From an uncultured Victivallales bacterium (GTDB lineage: Bacteria > Verrucomicrobiota > Lentisphaeria > Oligosphaerales > JABHEG01): a DNA stretch of 64,000 nt. The notes below the pieces were generated by a model. The model was not told where the DNA came from and did not search any database. It saw only the letters and a list, made by a program, of their open reading frames with translations. Of the stretch, positions 27,314 through 34,446 are shown in pieces; the stretch's first letter is position 1, and each line of letters opens with the position of its first letter. A program made the position numbers and the translations under genes. The stretch spans positions 12,189 to 76,188 of the forward strand of contig CAZSNT010000022.1 in assembly GCA_964607765.1 (NCBI GenBank), written 5' to 3'.

Positions 27314-27952
27314 ATGGCAGAGGAACTTCTGGAGCAATTGGCGGACTTGGTCATCAAGGGCAGAGCCCCGGAGACCGAAGAGACGACTCAGAAAGCCATT
27401 GACGCGGGAATGCCTGTGGGGGACATCCTGAACCAAGGCTTGGTCGCCGGCATGGCGGTGATCGGTGACAGATTCAAGCGTAATGAAGTTTATGTGCCGG
27501 AAGTCCTGATCGCCGCACGCGCCATGAAGGCGGGCATGGGCCTGCTGAAGCCGCTGCTGGCCGAGTCCGGCGTGAAGCCGAAGGGCACCGTCTGTGTCGG
27601 CACGGTCAAGGGCGACCTGCACGACATCGGCAAGAACCTGGTCTGCATGATGCTCGAAGGCGCGGGCTACAAAGTCGTGGACCTCGGCGTCAACGTGGAA
27701 GCCGAGAACTTCGTGGCAGCGGCCAAGGAGAACGCCGCAGACGCCGTGGGCATGAGCGCACTGCTCACCACGACCATGACATCGATGAAGAGCACCATCG
27801 ACGCATTCGTGGAAGCGGGCTGTCGCGACGACGTCAAGATCATGGTCGGCGGCGCCCCGCTCACGCAGAATTTCTCCGATGAGATCGGTGCGGACGGGTA
27901 CGCTCCCGATGCGGCCTCCGCAGTCGACCTGCTCGCCGAGCTTATGGGCTGA
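27314..27952 (+). CDS. Cobalamin-binding corrinoid protein (MtaC/MtbC-like)
   Basis: B12-binding DxHxxG motif (GDLHDIGKN), SALLTTT, and an N-terminal helical cap domain. ATG at 27314. Confidence 0.85.
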   Translation: MAEELLEQLADLVIKGRAPETEETTQKAIDAGMPVGDILNQGLVAGMAVIGDRFKRNEVYVPEVLIAARAMKAGMGLLKPLLAESGVKPKGTVCVGTVKGDLHDIGKNLVCMMLEGAGYKVVDLGVNVEAENFVAAAKENAADAVGMSALLTTTMTSMKSTIDAFVEAGCRDDVKIMVGGAPLTQNFSDEIGADGYAPDAASAVDLLAELMG

Positions 27953-27997
27953 AGTGAGCCGAGCCGGCGCTGCCGGGTTGATCGCGAGTAGTTTCAG

Positions 27998-28040
27998 AAC
28001 GCCTTGGCGGCGCCCCTGCCGCCAGGGCGTTCCCTTTTTT
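27998..28040 (+). terminator. Rho-independent terminator after the corrinoid protein gene
   Basis: About 15-bp stem aacgccttggcggcg / tgccgccagggcgtt with a cccc loop, followed by cccTTTTTT. Confidence 0.7.
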
Positions 28041-28054
28041 GCGGAGATGGCACA

Positions 28055-28909
28055 ATGCAGTTCGTACTGTTCTCGAAGCACTGGAAAGAGCTCGACATCG
28101 AGGGGATGGTCGAGCGGACACTCGAGATTGGCGCCGACGGCGTGGACCTGGCCGTGCGCCCCGGCTTCGTCGTCAATCCGGACAATGTGCGCACGGAGCT
28201 TGCGCCTGCCGTCGCCAAGTTCCGCGCGGCCGGGCTCGACGTGCCCATGATCTCGACGGACGCGGGTTTCATCAGCCCGGACGACCCCGTTGCGGAGTCG
28301 ACGGCGGCTGCGCTCCAGGAGGCCGGCGTGCGCTACGGCAAGCTGGGCTACTGGCGCTGGCGCGACGGCGAGACCCCGTACTGGGAGCAGGTCGCGAAGA
28401 TCCGGCATGACCTGGAAGGGTTCGAAGCGCTCGGCCGCAGGTACGGCGTGACCTTCTGCTACCACACGCACAGCGACTACTTCGGGCTCAACGCGGCCGC
28501 CATGATGGACTTGCTCGAGGGCCGCGACCCGCAACACATGGGCGCGTACCTGGACACGGGCCACCTGCACTACTGCGGCGAGCCGTACCCCATGGCCATC
28601 GACATCGTGGGGCGCTATCTCACGCTCGTCTCGTTCAAAGACACGTCGTTCAAGCGCGTGAACGACGAGGCGGAGGAGCTGCCGGAGTGGAAGCGCGTCA
28701 TTGTGCCCGCCGGTTACGGCGTGGTGAAGTGGCAGAGCGTGTTCGGCGGCCTCATCAAGGCCGGCTACGACGGCGTGTGCAGCTGTCATTGCGAGTTCGC
28801 TGCGTCATCCCCGGAGGAGTTCCTGCACCTGCAGAAACGCGAGGTCGCGTATCTTCGCAATCAGCACGCGCAAGCGCAAACCCGTGCCGCCGCGGCATCG
28901 ACTCAGTAA
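28055..28909 (+). CDS. Sugar phosphate isomerase/epimerase (xylose isomerase-like TIM barrel)
   Basis: Family-like pattern (GADGVDLAVRP...CYHTHS...YLDTGH). ATG at 28055. Confidence 0.8.
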   Translation: MQFVLFSKHWKELDIEGMVERTLEIGADGVDLAVRPGFVVNPDNVRTELAPAVAKFRAAGLDVPMISTDAGFISPDDPVAESTAAALQEAGVRYGKLGYWRWRDGETPYWEQVAKIRHDLEGFEALGRRYGVTFCYHTHSDYFGLNAAAMMDLLEGRDPQHMGAYLDTGHLHYCGEPYPMAIDIVGRYLTLVSFKDTSFKRVNDEAEELPEWKRVIVPAGYGVVKWQSVFGGLIKAGYDGVCSCHCEFAASSPEEFLHLQKREVAYLRNQHAQAQTRAAAASTQ

Positions 28910-29016
28910 CGAGTAGCGGGGAGCGAGTAGCGAGTAGCGGGGACAGAGGAATGCCTGGCGCCTAACCCCTAACGCCTAGCGCCTAACCCCTAACGCCTAG
29001 CCCCTAACCCCTGACG
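28910..29016. repeat. Composite heptamer element: [GAGTAGC/GGGGAGC]x5 - spacer - [CCTAACC/CCTAACG/CCTAGCG]x8
   Basis: Read directly. The first block starts right after the TAA of the plus-strand gene. The second block (28961-29016) encodes the last 8 codons and the TAG stop of the minus-strand HlyD gene. Confidence 0.92.
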
Positions 29017-30474
29017 AATCCAGATGATCGCCCGTGCCGTGGTGCCGGTTACCGGCGTGCCCTCGAGCGGGGCGAGCGGCCGGATCCTGACCCACACCCG
29101 GTCGGCTTGCGTCGTGCGCAGCGAGGCCCCGCCGAGATCGACCGTGCCGCGTTCCAGCGACTGCGTGTGAAGGCTGACCTGCTCGACCACCGCGTCGACG
29201 TAGGAGCCCGAGCCGGCCGGCACACGGACCTGTGCCGCCTGGCCGGCCTCCACCAGCATGGCGTCCTCCTCCCGAACGAACCCCTCGATCCAGCGCGGTT
29301 TGCTGTCGTCGCTCACCAGGATGCAGGGCACGCCTTTGCGGCAGACCTCGCCCACATCATCGAAGACGCGTGTCACGGTGCCGGACACCGGGCTGATGAT
29401 CTCCATGCTCTCCAGCGCGGCGGCGCGGCCCCTTATCTCTGCGTCGCTCTTGGTGATCTCCGCTTCGGCTGCCCGGGTCTTCTCCTGGGCTATGGCCACC
29501 GCCGTGCGTTTGGCCTGGGCCTGTTTCAGGCGGGCTTCCGCTTCCGTCTGCTCCGCCTTGCGGATGGTGAGGTCGGCACGCAGCGCATCCAGCTCTTTCT
29601 CGCTCGCCATGACCAGGGCGAGACCTGCTTCCCTCGCGGCCAGCCCCTGCGCAGCTGCTTCGATCTCGTCCGGCGTGGCACCGGCACGCAGCCGTGCGAG
29701 CTCCAGCTCCGCTTCACGCACGGCATTTTCCTGCATGGTAAGCCGGGTCTTGCGTTCCTCGAGCTGATGCTGGGAGTGGATGCCGTCCACCACGAGTGCC
29801 TCAGACTGGCGCACCTCCAGCGCGTAGAGCGCCTGCAGGGCCTTGGCGGTGGCCACCCGCGCCTCCGCTGCCTGGACCAGTTCCTTGCGCGTGCCTGCCT
29901 TGACTTGCTTGAGCGTCGCGCGTGCTTCCTCTGCCTGGGCTTTCGCCTGCTGCGCCTCCGCTGCCAGGCGCGCCACGCGCAGATCGATTACGGCCTGGGC
30001 CGCCGTGACCTGCGCTTTGGCCACGGCCAGTTGTGCCTCGGCCATGTGAATGTCGGCCTCCACCTGCGCGGACACCAGCGTGCACTGGGCCTGGGCTTCG
30101 GCCAGCCTGCTGCGCCGGATCAGGTGGTCGGCGCGTGCGGCCTCGAGAGCGGCCACCAGCTCGGAGTCGTCAAGACGCGCCAGCCGCTCGCCTTTGCTCA
30201 CCTGCTGCTTCTCCTTGACATACACTTCCAGCAAGCGGGCATCGACCTTCGACGAGAGCGCCGCCACGCTTGCCTGAACGCGCGCGCTCACCGTGCGCAC
30301 CGTGCAGAAACTGAACCAGAGGAACACGCTCAGACCGATCAAGGCACAGATCAGCACACCCCCCACACCCCACACAATGCGCTGCATCCAGCGCCGTTTC
30401 TTGCGGCGCGGCGTGCCGCCCCGCGCCTTGCGTCGCAGGTCGTAGTTGCCGTCCTTGTTGCTTTCGGAGGCCAT
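28990..30474 (-). CDS. HlyD-family membrane fusion / secretion adaptor protein
   Basis: N-terminal basic region and TM helix, a long Ala/Gln-rich coiled coil, and a C-terminal beta-barrel region. The start is taken at MASESNK (30474). Confidence 0.85.
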   Translation of the reverse strand: MASESNKDGNYDLRRKARGGTPRRKKRRWMQRIVWGVGGVLICALIGLSVFLWFSFCTVRTVSARVQASVAALSSKVDARLLEVYVKEKQQVSKGERLARLDDSELVAALEAARADHLIRRSRLAEAQAQCTLVSAQVEADIHMAEAQLAVAKAQVTAAQAVIDLRVARLAAEAQQAKAQAEEARATLKQVKAGTRKELVQAAEARVATAKALQALYALEVRQSEALVVDGIHSQHQLEERKTRLTMQENAVREAELELARLRAGATPDEIEAAAQGLAAREAGLALVMASEKELDALRADLTIRKAEQTEAEARLKQAQAKRTAVAIAQEKTRAAEAEITKSDAEIRGRAAALESMEIISPVSGTVTRVFDDVGEVCRKGVPCILVSDDSKPRWIEGFVREEDAMLVEAGQAAQVRVPAGSGSYVDAVVEQVSLHTQSLERGTVDLGGASLRTTQADRVWVRIRPLAPLEGTPVTGTTARAIIWIRQGLGARR

Positions 30475-30487
30475 GTGTGCCGTATCC

Positions 30488-31036
30488 TCACGTTTCGGTC
30501 GAGACGAGCATCTGGCTGTGCGCATCCAGATCCGCGATATTCTCTATCTCGAAGCGGTTGCCGTCAACATCGCTGATCAGGTAGCGCCCGTGCGGCAGAA
30601 TGCGAATGTGGCGGTTCCGATCGCTGACTTCGAACGTGGCCGCGCCGCGGTCCGTGTCCACGTCCCAGAGCGAAACGCCCATCGCTTCGGTGACCTCGTG
30701 CACGCATTGGATCCGGGCCACGTAATACATGCGGCCCAGGGCCTGTTGCAGCGCCCCGGCGCTCGCTTCGTCCAGATGCTCAGGGTCGCGCAGCAGTACC
30801 TTCTCCACGCCGCGATCGTCGACGAAGCTGATGTAGCTCGCCTTCGTCGAAAGCGGAAACACGCGCCGTGGCCGGAGTCCGGCGAAATCCTCGTCCGCAA
30901 CCGTTACGTGCAGCTCGCACGCATCGTCTTCCCAGACCCGGGTCGCCGCCGCCTCAACGGCCCACTCGACAGCGGGGCCCGAGGTCGCGCCGGACGGCGT
31001 GTCCGACACTGGCTCTTTCTCTTCCGTTTGCTGCAT
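30488..31036 (-). CDS. DUF1854-like protein (small cytoplasmic partner of ABC exporter)
   Basis: Position between the ABC and HlyD genes. The sequence (LRPRRVFPLS...YISF...RIL.HGRYLI.D..GNRF.I) recalls DUF1854. Assigned from memory. Confidence 0.65.
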   Translation of the reverse strand: MQQTEEKEPVSDTPSGATSGPAVEWAVEAAATRVWEDDACELHVTVADEDFAGLRPRRVFPLSTKASYISFVDDRGVEKVLLRDPEHLDEASAGALQQALGRMYYVARIQCVHEVTEAMGVSLWDVDTDRGAATFEVSDRNRHIRILPHGRYLISDVDGNRFEIENIADLDAHSQMLVSTET

Positions 31037-31340
31037 TCCCTCGTTTCCGTTCCTTGTCCCGCTCCCTGTTTCCTCGTCCTCGTCCCCGTCCTCGTCCCCG
31101 TGTCCTCCGCCCTCCGGATGACTGAATGACTCAGTGACTCAGTGACTCATGTGGGCTGGCGCTTCGCATCCCGCATCTCCGCCGCTCCCCGCTCCTCCCT
31201 CTCGTTCCTCGCTCCTCGCTCCTCGTTCCTCGCTCCTCGCTCCTCGTTCCTCCCTCCTCGTTCCTCCCTCCTCCCTCCTCGCTCCTCGTTCCTCGTTCCT
31301 CGCTCCTCGCTCCTCGTTCCTCCCTCCTCCCTCCTCCCTC
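31037..31340 (-). repeat. Intercistronic spacer made of phased tandem repeats (20 x 7-mer, 4 x 8-mer, plus purine-rich degenerate heptamers)
   Basis: 31201-31340 is exactly 20 units of CTCGTTC/CTCGCTC/CTCCCTC. 31118-31150 is gatgactg aatgactc agtgactc agtgactc. 31037-31117 is a C-rich degenerate repeat. Confidence 0.95.
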
Positions 31341-33609
31341 ACACCGCCTTCAGGCTCGCAAGCTCGGACTGCAACCGGCACAGTCGCGCGTACAGCCCGT
31401 CCGTCTCAAGCAGCTCGTCGTGCGTCCCGATCTCGATCAGTTTGGAGCGCTCCAGCACCACCAGGCGGTGCGCTTTGCGCAAGGTGGACAGGCGGTGCGC
31501 GATCGCAAACGTCGTGCGGTCTTGCACCAACCGTTCCAAGGCGGCCTGGATCTTGGCTTCGGTTTCGGTATCGACCGAGGCGGTTGCTTCGTCGAGGATT
31601 AGGATACGCGGGTCACGCAGCACGGCCCGTGCGATCGAGATCCGCTGTCTCTCGCCGCCGGACAAGGTCTGACCGCGCTCCCCGATCACCGTGTCGTAAC
31701 CGTCGGGCAGGTTGACGACGAACTCGTGCGCGTTCGCCGCGCGTGCCGCGCTCATGATCTCCTCAGCCGAAGCTTCCGGCTTCCCGTAGGCGATGTTGGA
31801 CCACACCGTGCCGTGGAACAGGTAGGGTTCCTGCAGCACGACGCCGATCTGTTCCCGGTACCAGCCCAGGTCGAACTCCTGGATGTCGCGGCCGTCCACC
31901 CGGATTTCGCCTTCCTCCACGTCGTAGAAGCGCGCTATCAGGTGTACGAGCGTGCTCTTGCCCGCGCCGCTCGGACCCACGAGTCCGATCATCTCCCCGG
32001 GCTCGATCTTGAAGCTGATGTCGTCCAGCGCGTACTTGCCGGGCTCGTAGGAGAAGCGCACGTCCTGTAGTTCCACCGCGCCCTGCATGCGGTTGAGTAT
32101 GAGGCCCGGGGTTTCGAGCGGTTCGGGTTCGGCGTCCAGAATCTCGAACACGCGCTCCGCCGCTGTCAGGCAATGCTGCAGGCGGTGGTTCATTCGCCCG
32201 AACTCCTGGACCGGCCGGTAGAAACGCCACAGGTAGCTGGTAAACGCCACGAGCGTGCCCAGCGTCTCCATGTTGTTGATCACCATGAACCCGCCGACGC
32301 TGAAGATCAGGATGGAGCCCAGCGATGTCTGGATCGTCACGAACGGGAAGAAGGCGCTCACCAGCTTGATCGCCCGCATCTCCTGCTGGAACAGGTCCTG
32401 GCTCTTGGCGCGGAACGTGGCCGCCTCACGCCGTTCCTGTGCGAACGCCTTGACCACCCGGATGCCCGGTATGGTGTCGGCCAGGACCGCGTGCAGCCCA
32501 GACATCCGGCGCCAGATACGGTGATAGAGCAGGTGCATCTTGTGCCCGAACAGCCAGGTGCTGAACATGATGACAGGCGTTGGCGCGAGGGCGAGCAGGA
32601 ACAGGCGCCAGTTCAGGAACAGCAGGATCGCAGCGATCAGCACCATGGTGGCGATATTGACGATCGCGTCCTGGAACCCCTCCGCGATGAAGTACTGCAG
32701 CCGCCCCAGGTCGCTGGTCACCCGCGACATGATCCGGCCCGTCTGGCGTTGGCTGAAGAAGCGCAGCTGCAGCATCTGCATGTGCGCGTAGAGCCGCACG
32801 CGCAGGTCGAACAGCACGCGCTGGCCGACCCATTGCATGACGTAACCACGGAACACGGAGCCGACTGCCGAGAGCAGGTGGATGGCGGTCAGGGCGCCGA
32901 CCACCACGGGCAGAAGCGCGGCGTTGCCGGGCGTGATGACCCGGTCGATCAGGATCTTGGTCAGGTACGGCGGCATGAGCTGGATCCCGGTGATCGACAG
33001 CGTCAGCACCAACCCCAGCAAGGCCATCCACCGGTAGGGCAGCAAGAAAGAAAACAGGCGGCGCAGAATCTGACGGCGGTCCTGGCAGTGGATACACACC
33101 TCGCTCCAACGGCTCAGCGCGCGGCCGCACTGGCGGCAGCGGTGATCCGGGCGCTTGGTGGCCGGCGGCGCAATGTCCTCGAAACCGCGCCCCTCGGACA
33201 GGCCCTTTACGACCTCATTGATGTAGTAGCACAGGTCCGATGCCTCGTGGTGCGAGCCCAGGGAGAAACGTGCCACCTCCTCCCCACCCGTGCTGCACCG
33301 GATGACCACCGCTCCGGAGCCGACGTACGAGCGCAACACAGCGTCTTCCACGTCAGCCAGGTCGGCCTCGTAGACCACCTCGCCGCCGCGCCCGCCGTGG
33401 TCGCCGTCTATGCTCAGGATGCGCGTGTTGGTCAGGAAACACCAGCGTTCCCCGAACGCTCCCGACGGCAGGATGTCCGAGAACAGGCAGGCCACGGCGT
33501 GCTCGCCGGCGCGCAGAGCGTCGTCGAGCCAGACGGCAACATCCGGGGGGAGCGTCAGCTCTCCCAAGGCCGGGTGCCGTACCGAACTGCTGGGGATTGC
33601 ATCGGGCAT
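31339..33609 (-). CDS. ABC exporter, fused permease/ATPase (MsbA-like type I exporter fold) with ~200 aa N-terminal PH-like domain and zinc ribbon
   Basis: Walker A GPSGAGKST, signature LSGGERQR, Walker B ILILDEATS and 6 TM helices. The N-terminal extension contains CRQCGRALSRWSEVCIHCQD. The start is taken at MPDAIPSS (33609). Confidence 0.9.
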   Translation of the reverse strand: MPDAIPSSSVRHPALGELTLPPDVAVWLDDALRAGEHAVACLFSDILPSGAFGERWCFLTNTRILSIDGDHGGRGGEVVYEADLADVEDAVLRSYVGSGAVVIRCSTGGEEVARFSLGSHHEASDLCYYINEVVKGLSEGRGFEDIAPPATKRPDHRCRQCGRALSRWSEVCIHCQDRRQILRRLFSFLLPYRWMALLGLVLTLSITGIQLMPPYLTKILIDRVITPGNAALLPVVVGALTAIHLLSAVGSVFRGYVMQWVGQRVLFDLRVRLYAHMQMLQLRFFSQRQTGRIMSRVTSDLGRLQYFIAEGFQDAIVNIATMVLIAAILLFLNWRLFLLALAPTPVIMFSTWLFGHKMHLLYHRIWRRMSGLHAVLADTIPGIRVVKAFAQERREAATFRAKSQDLFQQEMRAIKLVSAFFPFVTIQTSLGSILIFSVGGFMVINNMETLGTLVAFTSYLWRFYRPVQEFGRMNHRLQHCLTAAERVFEILDAEPEPLETPGLILNRMQGAVELQDVRFSYEPGKYALDDISFKIEPGEMIGLVGPSGAGKSTLVHLIARFYDVEEGEIRVDGRDIQEFDLGWYREQIGVVLQEPYLFHGTVWSNIAYGKPEASAEEIMSAARAANAHEFVVNLPDGYDTVIGERGQTLSGGERQRISIARAVLRDPRILILDEATASVDTETEAKIQAALERLVQDRTTFAIAHRLSTLRKAHRLVVLERSKLIEIGTHDELLETDGLYARLCRLQSELASLKAV

Positions 33610-33810
33610 CACGGACCACCAGTTCCCGCGGGTGCCGGAGAGGCGCTCAAACAGCGCCGGAGCGAAGCCGCACCGTCTCACGGCTCGCCTGGCGGCACGA
33701 GGCATGCCGCAACTCATCAGGATAAACCGCCACCCAACGAAATCAAGAGCCTTGCGGCAACAGGCAGCACGGCACGTGGAAATGCGCCGTGTGTTACGGT
33801 ATGTTAGAAC

Positions 33811-34302
33811 TTGGTTGCCGGCAGGGGACGGCCGCTCCCTGCGCTTAGCCGCAGGGGGAGGAAAGTCCGGACTCCGCAGGGCAGGAAGTCCTTTTGAAAA
33901 GAAGGATACCGCGGACCATATGCCGCGGGAAGGAAAGTGCCACAGAAAATATACCGCTCTTCAGCTGAAGAGTAAGGGTGAAAAGGTGGGGTAAGAGCCC
34001 ACCGCTCGAGGAGAGATCCGAGAGGCAAGGCAAACCCCTTCCGGAGCAAGACCAAATAGGGAACAATGATGCTGCCCGTATCGCTCCCGCACCTAAACGG
34101 CTTTGGCAGTGCTGTTTGCAGACGGTCCAGCCTGGTGCAGGCAGGGCCGGGGACAGCCCGAGCCGCCTAGGTGCGGGATAAGTTCCGGGTTCCGGTCGCT
34201 TAGATGAATGGTCGTCGCCCGTGCCTGCTTCGGTGCCGGAGTTTCTCCGGCTCCGATCGCGGCGCGGGGCACAGAATCCGGCTTATACCTGTCGGTAACC
34301 AG
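33811..34302 (+). ncRNA. rnpB: RNase P RNA, bacterial type A
   Basis: GGAGGAAAGTCCGGAC, GTGCCACAGAAAA, GGTAAGAGCCCACC, CAAGACCAAATAGGG, CTTAGATGAATGG and ACAGAATCCGGCTTA conserved blocks in the canonical order. The P1 pairing is ggttgccggcagg / cctgtcggtaacc. Confidence 0.92.
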
Positions 34303-34446
34303 CCTCTTCTGACGATTGCTCGATGCGCAGTCCGACTGCGCGCAGTATAGAGGTCCAGGCCGGGTGCGGTCTGTGCGCCAGGCAGCGTATGGCGCGTTGC
34401 CCGGGCCGCTCCCGGCAGTTAAGCACCACGCGGACGAGTTGCAGCC

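Noticed and set aside
28959-29016. CCTAACC/CCTAACG arrays (also at 39154-39229) look like telomeric CCCTAA repeats, which would suggest a chromosome end or eukaryotic contamination.
   Set aside because: The arrays are internal, short (8-11 units) and of period 7 with alternating variants. They are flanked on both sides by ordinary bacterial genes, and one overlaps a coding 3' end. This is not a telomere.
31118-31150. TGAGTCA (AP-1/GCN4-like palindrome) repeated 4x could be a transcription-factor site cluster.
   Set aside because: The resemblance is to a eukaryotic bZIP site. No bacterial regulator is known to me for it. I kept it only as a shared motif linking repeat elements, not as a regulatory call.
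31037-31340. The repeat arrays could be CRISPR arrays.
   Set aside because: Units are 7-22 bp and directly abutting, with no unique spacers. There is no leader and there are no cas genes in the window.
31142-31715. Plus-strand ORFs (176 and 188 aa) with SSLL/PRSS low-complexity repeats.
   Set aside because: They are translations of the heptamer array running into the antisense strand of the ABC ATPase domain. Period 7 rotates the frame, so they cannot encode a repeat protein.
33804-34181. Small ORFs (83, 73 and 67 aa) between the ABC gene and ptsP.
   Set aside because: They lie inside the RNase P RNA gene, whose conserved blocks explain the sequence.
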